The position numbers were made by a program, and so were the translations under genes. A stretch of DNA of 56,986 nucleotides from Conidiobolus incongruus B7586 (Eukaryota). The stretch covers positions 1-56,986 of the forward strand of contig JNEM01010724.1 of assembly GCA_000697335.1 (NCBI GenBank), written 5' to 3'. The notes beneath the pieces are model-generated. The model ran no database searches, was not told where the DNA came from, and saw nothing but the letters and a program-made list of their open reading frames with translations. Positions 11,795 through 23,443 of this stretch are shown here, in pieces. Within the stretch, counting starts at the first letter, position 1. The number at the start of each line of letters is the position of its first letter.

Positions 11795-13116
11795 TTTTTT
11801 TAAAATTTCAATGAATTTAAACAATGAAAAGATTTTTGTCTATTTATACTCAATTCCTATATAATTCAGTTTTATGCGATCTTATAAAGTAATATATTAT
11901 ATTTGGAAATTTTGTCAAGAATTTGATTAGTTATATTATATTAATACTATTATTAATTCGGATATTGTTTTTAATCGAATAATATCTTTGACAAATTTCA
12001 AGTTTGAAAATTGTTATACTTTTTTATGGTAGTTTTTTTTAAATTGATCTTGTTTTGAGTGTAATATCAGATTTCAAAACTTAGAATTGAGGTGTTCTCA
12101 ATTGTTGAGTTAAATTTTAAGCGACTATTATTTTGAAATAAATTATTGATTATTAATATAAATTAGAATTTCGGGAGAAATTAATAAATTATTTTTGGTA
12201 ATATAAATATATATTATAATAATGATATAACAGTTTAAATTTCAAATTCAATTTAACTTAATTAGGAAATAATTAATCAAATTATTAAAGATTGAAAAAT
12301 ATATTAGATTCTGTATGAATATTCTTAACTGGAAATTCAAATTTGATGAATTATGTTTTGAGATGGTTAAATAAAATAAATAGATATTTTGTTTAAAAAA
12401 TTAAATTAATCAGCTTATATTATCATTCAAATAATGAATAAATAATATATTGAACAAGAATTGAATTGGAATATTAATGAATACCTTCAATTACTTATTT
12501 ATTACTCCAATATAATGAAAAAATATTCAAAGTATGATATTATTATATTATTAGGTTGAATTTTATATATTTATTAACTTTGATTTTGTTAAATATAGAT
12601 TATAATAAAAATTAATTTTACTTGAATTCAAGGTTAATATTTTTTTTGTTGAATATAGAGTTTTATCGTTAATATATATTCCATTTATAAATTCAATATA
12701 TTATAATATAAAAGGATATAATGTGACCATAACTTATTTAGAATTTGATAATCAGTCCAAAATTAATGATTGTCACCTACCCAAAACATTACAATTAGCA
12801 ATTAATTAATATTATTTCCTGACATAATCGTGTAAATTAATTTTGAAAAATACATGATCAATGTTTTGAGAACTATATGCGCTACAAAAATTCAAATTGT
12901 TTTTAATAATTCATCTGAATCTATATTGGTAACATTTAGTATAATATCTAATTTCATACTCAAAATATTGTTATAATTTATTTAAATTGTCATACTCAAT
13001 TTAATTTTAATATCAGAAATAATTATTATAAAAAATTATCAAATTATAAAGATATTATTGTTCACTTATTTAAAATAAATTGATTTATTAATATGATATA
13101 AAATATAAAACAAAAT

Positions 13117-13922
13117 TTAAAGCGTTCTACGATGCTTTAAATATCCATCAAATACTTTATCCATCTCATTAATCCAGTTCTTAAAAGCGTCACTTGGATG
13201 ATTAAGAATAAGCTCCTCATAAGCTTTAGGACTGACAGTTCTGAAGAATTGAATTCTGGATGCTAGAACATAATCGTGGATCAAAGGCTTGTCCCCATCC
13301 AAGAATTTGGACTTGGTCAAAACTTCAACAATACGTTGAGTTCCCGCGTGATAGTCTCGGATATTGGTATGACGATCTCCGGGAATGGATTCGAAAGCTT
13401 TGTTGAAGCGTTGTTCGCGAGATTCTTTGAAGTATTTTTGGTCTTCTTCGTCAAGGGCGTTGTACAAATCCATCACTGCCATACGAAAAGCGCTTGGAGC
13501 TACGTTGGTGTTGTAGTCATCTATTAAAGCGTCGAGGGAGCTATTGTTGGGATTGAGGCGATGTTGTGGGTACTTTTCATCTAAGTATTGAGCGATTTTG
13601 GGACTGTCAAATTGGATGTCACCGTTTGGAAATACTGCTGTAGGCACTTTATCCCATTTACCATTTCTAAACAAAAATATAAGTATATTAAATTTAAATT
13701 CCAAATAAAGTGATTACGTGATCTTTGAGATAGTAGGTGCAACTTGAACGAATTTTAGTGGAATTGATTCAAATTCTAAATTCTATACCATTGATTAGTA
13801 TTTTATCATTTTGTACTACCAGATTTTTATACCTTATGCTTTAAAAATAACTCAGTAGCGATTACGAAAGGACTTAAACTAACACCTCCGTCACCTGTAA
13901 CTAATTCATATAATTTAATCAT
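13117..13922 (-). CDS. LigE-like GST copy D (intact); exons 13922-13833, 13782-13718, 13666-13117
   Basis: MIKLYELVTGDGGVSLSPFVIATELFLKHK|NLEFESIPLKFVQVAPTISKIT|NGKWDKVPTAVFPNGDIQFDSPKIAQYLDEKYP...EDQKYFKESREQRF...DGDKPLIHDY...VFDGYLK. Confidence 0.9.
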
Positions 13923-14787
13923 TTTATATTTCTTATTTATCCAATGTGAGACATTTAATTCAATATTGGCGGGGATTTATATTAAACTCAATTTAATCCC
14001 AATCAATTTGTTGAGTGACGTAAATTCAATTATAGAATTTTTGATTACTAATATTGTTTTGACAAGATGGGAAAATTATTTGAATATATACATCAAAATA
14101 ATAAATTAAGATCAAGCTAATTGGACAGAATTTGATCAATGTACAAAATCAAATTTCAACATATATAAATCGAATAATATGATTTTGTCAATATTTTATT
14201 TTATTTAAATATTATCTTTATCACTGATATTGAAAATCAAAATAAAAATAAAAATTTAAATTTTTGAAATTCTAAATAGATAGATTTGTAATAATTATAA
14301 TTAATTATAATAATGAAATCTAGTTGATAAGGAATATATTGAATAGATTTTTTCTATTATCGTTTCTGTATATGATTATTAAATTAAAGCATAAATATCT
14401 TTTAATCTATTTGCATTTTATTGAAACTTACCAATTTTATCATTAGTTAAATTTTCATTATAGTAAATGTATATTACAAAAATCTGATATAAATATTATA
14501 ATTTATAAATTTTAAATCATTTTTTCTCATATTTAATGTGATTTGATCAATTAGATATATTTTAATAATAGAAATTTAAAGTTATAATAAAATATTTATT
14601 AAAATATTTAATAAGGATAATATATATTATTATATTAAAATTCGAAAAATATATGATTGAATTCAAATAAATCAATATTTAAAATAAGTGATCTATAAAT
14701 TAATATAACATGAAGTCATTTTATTTTCAAAACTAATTCAAATTAAAAAAATATTCTTTAATTAATGAATTATTAGATATATAATAA

Positions 14788-15590
14788 CTATAAAGTTTTG
14801 CGATGTTTCAAATATCCATTGAAAATTTGGTCCATTGAATTGATCCATAATTTAAAAATATCACTTGGATGATTCTTAATCAATACTTCATAGGTATCAG
14901 GACTAATAGTTCTAATCATTTGAATCCTGCCAATCAAGTTATAATCGTGAATACCTGGATGATTCCCATCGAGATACTTGGATTTTGACAAGAGCTCTAC
15001 AATTGGTTGAGTCCCAGTATAAAATCCCTGAATATTGGTATCTCTATCACCAGGGATTTCTTCCAAAGGTTTGTTGAATCGTTTTTCTCGCGTCTCCCTA
15101 TAGTAGTTCTTGTTCTCTTCGTTGAATGTATTATAGAGATCTAGAACCGCTAAGCTATATCCGTAGGGATATACATTGTTGTGGTAGTCTTCAATCAAGG
15201 TATCTAATTGTGGTTTTTTGGGATTGAGAGGATTTTCGGGGTAGTGCTCATCCAGATATTGGGCAATTTTAGGACTGTCGTAGACGATATCGCCGTTTGG
15301 GAAGATTACTGTTGGAACCTTATCCCATTCATTATTACTAAACAATACAAAATTAGATGCTATTTTATTACTAATAATGATTTTATTACGTAATATTTCT
15401 GATAGTTGGACCTAGATTAACATAAGTCAGAGGAATTGATTCAAATTCCAAATTCTATAACATCAATGAAAATCTCTTAAATTATGGTAAATATATTTAC
15501 TTTGTGCTTTAAAAATAATTCTGTAGCAATGACAAATGGGCTCAAGCTAACACCTCCTTCATTATTTATTAATTCATATACTTTAATCAT
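14788..15590 (-). CDS. LigE-like GST copy E (intact); exons 15590-15501, 15454-15390, 15337-14788
   Basis: MIKVYELINNEGGVSLSPFVIATELFLKHK|NLEFESIPLTYVNLGPTIRNIT|NNEWDKVPTVIFPNGDIVYDSPKIAQYLDEHYP... Same gene structure as the other copies. Confidence 0.9.
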
Positions 15591-16379
15591 TTTTTTCAAT
15601 TTTTTCCTTATCTTACTGTTGAATTTTTATTGAGTATTTATATTCAATAAAAATTATATACTATTTTAAATTGACATGTTAGTGGTTTATTTGATTAAAA
15701 TGATTAGTAATAATATTATAAAACATGAGAAAATTTATGCAATATACTTGATTATTATTTGAAAATTACCTTATTGAGATGAATTTAAAATTTTTTATTA
15801 ATGAAAATATTATTTTTATTAAAAATTTGAAATTTATTGTTAAAACAATATATAATTTAATTGATATCAGATGATAATAATAATATTATTATTATTTAGG
15901 CCAACAAAAGTTCCAAGTTATAATCTTCAGAGTTAAATTGCTGATTTCATTTAACATATATAGCTATATATGAATATTTTTGCATATGAAACAAATGATC
16001 AAATATTAAAATGATAAAATATAATTTAAATATCTCTATAAAATTAACCCTTTGAAATAAAAATATAGATCATTTAGTTAGTATCATCTTTTCTGATACT
16101 TGTCAAGATATGGTAGGGACCAGTTCCAAGTACTTTTAATTGGTTTTCTAATTTTGCAAATTTTATTCAGTATTCATATCAAAATATTCATAAAACATTA
16201 GAAAGTGAAAATAGATTTGGAAATGGTAAAATAATTATAAATTGTATTTAAATAAATATTAAATTTAACATTAATAATTACTTAGCCATAACCAATTTTC
16301 AATATAATTAACATTTTGATCACAATTAATTTGAAAATTGTAGGTATAATTTAAATCAATATTATACAGTATGATATTA

Positions 16380-17105
16380 TCAAGCTTTACAATGTTTTAA
16401 ATTTGGTTCATAGACTTGATCCATGATTTAAAAATATTACTTGGATGATTCTTATTCGGTACTTCATAAGTCGCAGAACTTACTGCTTTAAGCTCTTGAA
16501 TTCTGCCAATTACAATATAACCTTGAATACTAGATGTGCCAAAATTGAAAAAATTTGATTTTGACAGTATATTCACAATCTTTTGAAAACCGTTGTAATA
16601 ATTCTGAATTTTGGACTCCCTATTCTACAAAACTTCACCGAAAACTTTATTCACCTTCTTAATACTTTGAAACATTCTTGATTTTTTTTTGTTTAAAATA
16701 GAATCTAAATCTAACATACTAAGGAGAATGCTTTGGGGGGTTAAATTAGCATTGTAGTCTTCCATTAATATATCCAAATCAGAATTTTTATGGTTGAGAG
16801 AGAGTTTTCGGAGTAGTGTTAGTCCAAGTGTTGAGTAATTTTAGGACTACTGTAAAAAATATCACCGCTTTGGAAAATTGAACTATAAGTAATAATATCA
16901 TGTTATCATTTTAATGGTGAGACCTACTTGAGCAAAAGCAAGATGAATAGATTTAAATTCTAGTTTATATAAATTTGCTATATATTTGATAATATTAATA
17001 ATTATGAATATAATTACCTTATGTTTTTGAAACAAATCTTTAGCAATGCCGAATTAAAAATGACATCTCTTATGATCTCCCAATTCGAATAATTTAGTAA
17101 ATTTT
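16380..17105 (-). pseudogene. LigE-like GST copy F (heavily decayed pseudogene; boundaries approximate)
   Basis: Residual homology: exon-1 end ...LFQKHK|GTAA, SPKITQHLD*HYSEN, and GYIVIGRIQELKAVSSATYEVPNKNHPSNIFKSWIKSMNQI*. It has stops and frameshifts, and I found no start codon. Confidence 0.8.
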
Positions 17106-17388
17106 TTATTCATTTTATAATTTTCTAATTAGCTGTAAATAATATTTAAATTAAAATTTATATATTTTGAAACCATCTGACACCAGTGTTCTAGATAATA
17201 AGATTGATCAGCATTAGGTATATTATATATAAGAAAATCACCAACATCAATGGTTATCTAAAATGAGAAATTATTATTTGAATGAATAGTACAATAATAT
17301 AATAATATGAATATTAGAGTAATTCAAAATGAAAAATATAAAAAACATAAGTCTTGAAAAAAAGATCACAATATCACTATTTAGGTAT

Positions 17389-17471
17389 TGACAACGATGA
17401 GATTCGAACTCATGCCTCTTACGAGACCGCAACTTGAGTGCGGCGCCTTAGACCAACTCGGCCACATTGCC
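17389..17471 (-). tRNA. tRNA-Leu(CAA)
   Basis: Reverse complement GGCAATG TG GCCGAGTTGGTCTAAGGC G CCGCA CTCAAGT TGCGG TCTCGTAAGAGGC ATGAG TTCGAAT CTCAT CGTTGTC A; 83 nt with a long variable arm. Confidence 0.95.
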
Positions 17472-17499
17472 ATAATAAACGATATCAAAACTTTCTCAA

Positions 17500-17525
17500 A
17501 TATATATATATATATATATATATAT
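17500..17525. repeat. (AT)n microsatellite
   Basis: Uninterrupted AT dinucleotide run just upstream of tRNA-Leu. Similar runs occur near 40633-40658 and 46020-46042. Confidence 0.9.
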
Positions 17526-17751
17526 CAATTCAATAGATTAATTATTAGTTCTATTATATTCTATTAAGATTATTCAATATTATTTAATTCTAAATTTTTA
17601 ATACTCTTTCATTTTTTTCTTTTTATTTGACATCTGAATTCAAATTAATCCCAATTTTATTAAATCTTCTTTAATTCTTTATATTAATAATATTTATATA
17701 TATATATATGATGTTTTTAATCGAATCTATTTTTCAAATCAAATTTGATCA

Positions 17752-18567
17752 AAGTTTCAAGAATGTGGATTAGTCAATAAGAAGGACGAATTGGCCAGTT
17801 TTAGTCTATTCGTCATTGCTGCTAAATTATTTATAAAGCATAAGGTGATGCAACTCTAATATTATATAATTTTTTATATGAGATTAATAATAACTTTTAG
17901 AACTTGAAATTATTCCTTTGGCCTACACCCAAGTAAATCTATTATATTCAAACTGACATAAATATTTAATAAATAAATATTAGTTTGATTATTTCATTAC
18001 TTTCAATATCAACGGTAATTGGGATCAAGTTCCAGTAATCAACTTGGCCAACGGTGAGTTCGTTTTTGGCAGTATCAAAATTGGAAAATATTTAAAATCC
18101 CAATGTCTCTCACCATCCTTCAATACCAAATATCTTGAATTTGATAAATTCATTGAAGACTATGATCTCATATCTGACTTTAGTTTCAAATTGGCAATAT
18201 GAAATCTTTAAAACTCGATTGACAGGATTGATCAAGAGTATTTCATTCCTTCTAGAGAGAAAACGTCGGAGTGACATTTGAAGAATTCACTAGGTATTTA
18301 AACACCAGTTTAATGGATTACCATGCCAAAACTACCAATATTGGTGAAATCCTTCACAAGTACAAATACTTGGAAGAGGATGAGCCAGGCTAATATGATT
18401 ATTTGTTAATGGGTAGGCTCCAATACATTGGTTTGATAAGTCCCAAAAGTTTTGAAATATTGATAGTTCAATATCATAAGAAGAGTATTTTGGAATACTT
18501 CAGTCGTATGTTGGAATTATTTGATGAATATTTAAAGAATATACAAGTAATTAAATATGATCAATAA
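17752..18567 (+). pseudogene. LigE-like GST copy G (pseudogene)
   Basis: The start position reads AAG instead of ATG, followed by FQECGLVNKKDELASFSLFVIAAKLFIKHK|GT. Exon 3 (NGNWDQVPVINLANGEFVFGSIKIGKYL) has in-frame stops (LAI*NL*, DEPG*YDY) and a frameshift. Confidence 0.85.
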
Positions 18568-19103
18568 ATTTTAATGTTTTTACATATTCAATTACATTAT
18601 TGTATATTTTCAAAATTTAATTTTTATAAATAAAAGTGTATTTGGTAATTAAAAATACTAATAACTTTATTATTGATACCTTCCAATTTCAATCATTTCT
18701 TAAAATTCCATATATTGATATACAATTATTTATACTAGTCTATACATTAGATTTCTAATTTCTCAATTTATCAAATTGTGATAATATATTATATAAATTT
18801 TGATTTCACCGATATTTGTATTGGTATATATTTAACATATTTCCGTATTAAAAAGTATCTTACATAACTTATATTTTATATCGACTTAAACAAAATTTTG
18901 TCAGATCTTAGATTATCCTTTATTTTTGTGAAGTAATCTATGTCAAATTTTACCATTATTATCTTATTTATCAATTATCCATAAATTTAATTTATATATT
19001 TTTCCAAATACAGGTTTTAGCATTTCAAGAGGTTTATATAAATAGTATGATATATTATTAAATTCAGTAGAGTTAAATTATCAATTGTCAAACTTTAGTG
19101 AAA

Positions 19104-19922
19104 ATGTTTAAATTATATGAATTAGTGAACAAGAAACAAGATATGATCAGTTTTAGTTCTTATGTAATTGCTGTCAAGCTGTTTTTGATGCACAAGGTAA
19201 TTTATATTCAATATTATACACTCATTGAATTCTAATTAAATATTCTTTATAGGGCTTGGAATTTGAAACTATCCCTTTGACTTATAAGGAAGTAGTTCCA
19301 ACTATTTCTAAATTAACGTAAGCATCAATAAAATATAAGGTTACTATTCATTAACTGAGTTGAAAGAAACGGAGTTTGGAAACAAGTACCTACTCTTATA
19401 GCACCCAATGGTGACATAATTTACAACAGTATAGAAATTGGTAAATACTTGGAAGAAAAGTACCCCTCACCATCCCTCAACATTAACAATTACGAATTGG
19501 AACAACTAATTATGGATTATGATCCCATTTCCGATCTGTCTTTCAGTTTGAACATTATGGAACTGTATAATTCTTTAGATGCTGAAGACCAAGAGTATTT
19601 TATTCCTTCTAGGGAAAAAATGCTGGGGATATCACTGGCAGAATTCACTAGTAACTTGGATGAAAAATTGAAACTATATCATGCTAAGACTTCTAACATT
19701 GGCGAAATCTTAAACAAGTCAAAATACCTGAATGGGGACGAACCTGGCTTCTATGATTATTTGTTAATTGGCAAGATGCAATACAATAGATTGATCAGTC
19801 CTGAAAGTTTTGATAAGTTGATCGTGAAACATCCCTACCCAAGTATTTTACAATGGGTTGAAAGGATGTTGGAATTGTTTGATGGCTACTTGAAGCGTGC
19901 CAAGAGTGTAAAAGATATTTAA
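19104..19922 (+). CDS. LigE-like GST copy H (intact, divergent subgroup); exons 19104-19196, 19253-19317, 19367-19922
   Basis: MFKLYELVNKKQDMISFSSYVIAVKLFLMHK|GLEFETIPLTYKEVVPTISKLT|NGVWKQVPTLIAPNGDIIYNSIEIGKYLEEKYP... The intron 2 acceptor is AAG, and the exon is in frame with ORF 19449-19922. Confidence 0.85.
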
Positions 19923-20749
19923 TAAATATTTTCAATGATGATATACATTCATAATAACACCATTACCATTACCATTACACATAGATATTACACAAGTTCA
20001 ATATATTCATAAGTGAAATATATATGAATCAATATTGTTATATCATTTCTAGGTTTCAATATGCTAAATTTTTATAATGCTTAAAACAAAACTTGAAATT
20101 TAAAAAAAGTTACTATTTAAACCATCTAATTATAGAACTATAATATTAAATTTTATATTTTATATCTGATTAAATATCATATTCGTTTCGGTTATTTATT
20201 AATTTTTTTAAATTGAATCATATTATTTCATAGGCGATATTTTCGGGATGATGTATCAATGGAAGAAATATAATGTTCCAAGGTGTTAATCGTTATAATT
20301 GATATGCCATAGTTTTATACTTGGTTGTTCTTTAAATTTGACCTTCAATTGCAAACAATGAATGTCTCTAATTTAATCTGAAAGTCCATTTTAAGAAATA
20401 TTGGCTAAAATCATAATGCACATGATCAAAATATTTTCCAACTGGATACTCAGAATCTTAAAAATGACTATAATTAGCTACAAAATACTCAGTCTATCCT
20501 AATTAAGAATTTGATAAATCCAGATTTTATCCAAATTCCTAAACAAAATATCTCAAGTAATCTAGTATAAACCCAGGTTTTTTGATATGTAAGAATAGTA
20601 TAACAATGGATTAGATGATATATGTAAGGAATGCCTCAAAATAAAAACATCTCTTTTGATTAGTAATATTTATCCAAATATTTGTACAAATTAATATCAA
20701 AGCACAGTTTTATCAATTCGAACTTTATATTCATCATCACACTTTAAAA

Positions 20750-21568
20750 ATGATCAACAATTTAAAATTATACGAATTTGTAACTAAAGAGGATTTAATC
20801 AGTTTTAGCCCATTTGTCATTGCAGTTAAATTGTATTTGAAGCACAAGGTAATCATTATATTTAAGTCATAAATATAAAATTAATTTTGGGAGTATAATT
20901 TAGATTTTGAAACTATTCCTTTGACTATTACTGAGGTGGGACCTACTATTTCGAAATTGACGTAAGTTGATTATAATGTATTAATGAATATATGACTAAT
21001 CAATGAATAGTAATGTCAAATGGCCTAAAGTACTACTAATCCAACTTCCTAACGAAGTTCTCCTTTACGACAGTTTAAATATTGGCCAATACTTGGAATC
21101 CTCGTACTCCGATGCTCAACCCCTAAAAATTGACAATCCTAAGTTAGACAGCTCATTGGGGACTATGACCCTATTTTAGACCTGTCATTCAGTTGGGCCA
21201 TTATCGACCTCTACAATCTTTTAGACTCTCCCAATCAAGTTTACTTCGCCCCATCGCGAGGAAAGATGCTCGGCCAGTCAATCACTGAGTTCACTAGCAA
21301 ACTTGACCACAATTTGAAAGGATACCATTCTAAAACTCAAAATATTAACCAAATCTTAGAGACTTCCAAGTACATGAATGGTGACGAACCGGGTTTCTAT
21401 GATTATGTTTTAATTGGAAGATTACAGTTCATGAGATTGGTCAGTCTTAAAACTTTCGAGGAATTTATTGTAGACCATCCTAACCCGAGTATTTTGAAGT
21501 GAGTTGATATAATATTGGAATTGTTTGGAGGGTATTTAAAGCATGCTAATGGTATTAGAGATCTTTAA
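20750..21568 (+). pseudogene. LigE-like GST copy I (young pseudogene)
   Basis: Exon 1 MINNLKLYEFVTKEDLISFSPFVIAVKLYLKHK is intact. There is a 1-nt frameshift near 21149 (LD|QLIGDYDP) and TGG>TGA at 21500-21502; homology continues to LFGGYLKH...L* at 21568. Confidence 0.83.
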
Positions 21569-21860
21569 ATATGTTCTGTTAATTAGTATATTTTATTATT
21601 TTCAAAGTTAAACTTTTTACAAATTTTAATTAAATTTTTTAATTTTCAAAGAAAAATTATTTGAATTTATTATTATTAGAAAAAAATAAAACTGTCGATA
21701 TGAAATAAGATCATTGATGTAATATGAAATTTCGAAGATAGAATTTAATTAATATTAAAATAAGAAATACATTATTAAATAACCAATTTAAATGAATAAA
21801 TGAATTAAAATTAATATATATATAAATATAAATTAAAAAATATTGGAAAAAATAATCTAA

Positions 21861-21883
21861 TGCCGCCACCGTGGATTGAACAC

Positions 21884-21926
<43 letters not shown>

Positions 21927-21933
21927 AAGCAGC
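21861..21933 (-). tRNA. tRNA-Phe(GAA)
   Basis: Reverse complement GCTGCTT TA GCTC AGTTGGGA GAGC G TCAGA CTGAAGA TCTGA AGGTC CCGTG TTCAATC CACGG TGGCGGC A; 73 nt, with one T-T mismatch at the base of the acceptor stem. Confidence 0.92.
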
Positions 21934-22779
21934 ACAATCTCTCTCCATTCTGAATCTTTAAATATTGGTATTTGACATTATTATTTTTTTTAATTAAATC
22001 ATATTTTACTAAAATGTTATCACACAATAATTATCATTTTTATACATCTTTTTTCAATTTATTATGTTTAATCTTCTTTTTTATCAATTCACATATTATA
22101 TGTTTAATACATACCATGATACAAATTTATAATTTTTGCAGGTTTAAATCACTATTATTAATTATGATTTTATTATAATTCCGCAGCAATTGTACAAAGA
22201 TTTAAAATATTACAACTCATTTCTTTAATAATATCTTTTCAGCTATTTATTTAATCTTCCAAAATAACCGATTTCTTGGCCATATATTTCAAGTAAGTAA
22301 ACTACAATAATTATGAGTAATTTATAGTAAATAATTTTTCGGCGATGTATAATATTACGCTGAAATTATAAGAATAAAACACAAATTAATATTGAAAATT
22401 TAATATTTTATTATTATTTTCTTATTGCACTAAAAATGTATTTATTTTGTGATGCAATTTATGTTTTACAATTAAGATGTTATTTTGATTTAATATTAAT
22501 TAACTAATATCATCAAAATTTTCTGCAATTTTATATTCAATGATCGAATTAACCATATTGAAAATTGAATTTCTATAGCATTCTAAATAAAACTCATATC
22601 AACAACATAATGTGCAAATCTTTTTTATTTGAATCAGTCAAATAAATAGTCGAAACTGATTTTAGTTAGGTCGTAATAATTCAAAATAAATAGAATTAGT
22701 AAAAGTCTTTGCAAAAAGGATTAGATTTCTAAACATTGATAATTTATAATTTTAATACCAAAGATAAAAATAACAATAA

Positions 22780-22935
22780 TATAAATATTATAACCAATAC
22801 AGTTCCAGTTTACGAATAAATGCTGTAGCAATATATTTACAACCAGATGAAAACTATAGCATCTCACTTTTATCTATCATCAAAGAAAAATATTGGATAA
22901 AATTTGTTTTAGCTTCTGGCAAAGTTAGTATGAAA
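22780..22935 (-). pseudogene. Possible decayed F-box gene fragment
   Basis: Minus-strand reading ILTLPEAKTNFIQYFSLMIDKSEML*FSSGCKYI resembles the F-box pattern L..LP.E....I..YL...DL..LS.VCK and contains an internal stop. Confidence 0.3.
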
Positions 22936-23244
22936 TTTAAAGAGTTAATTTTGATATAAACTATATCATGGATCATAAAAATTTTAAATTGAATTTTTCA
23001 AAATTTATTTTCTATTCCTTGAAATTGAGTGTTACTTCAAATCAAATATCACTAATTATATCATATGTAAAATGGAGTATTGAATGCCTTAGAAGTTTCC
23101 TCAATTCTGAACGAACCATGATGTAAATTTAATTCAGTTACCAACAGAATCAAGTACTGCTGCGTATCAATAAAAAATCTTTAAAAATTTGTTTAACAAA
23201 CGAATAATCTCTCAGTCAACTTTCAAACTTAAACAATTATCCAA

Positions 23245-23252
23245 TGACGTCA
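23245..23252. promoter_or_regulatory. Perfect CRE/ATF palindrome TGACGTCA upstream of tricalbin
   Basis: The 8-bp palindrome lies about 190 nt upstream of the ATG in CpG-poor DNA. Function is untested. Confidence 0.3.
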
Positions 23253-23443
23253 AATATAAGCAATTCAATAAACATTACCTTAATTAACTTTAGACTGATT
23301 GACATTTAGCAACTTTTTTCAACCTCATTAACTCCATTCTTAAAATTTAATCAAAATATTTTATATTAAAAGTGTTTATTAAATCATTTTCAAAATAATA
23401 TTACTCAATTAATACGTTTTATATTTTATAAATATCCAAAAAT

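Noticed and set aside
19960..19978. (CCATTA)3 repeat resembling a telomeric unit
   Set aside because: Only three units, in a 3' UTR position; a simple microsatellite.
20230..20640. Possible additional GST remnant between copies H and I
   Set aside because: The translation I checked shows no GST motifs; at most an unidentifiable decayed sequence.
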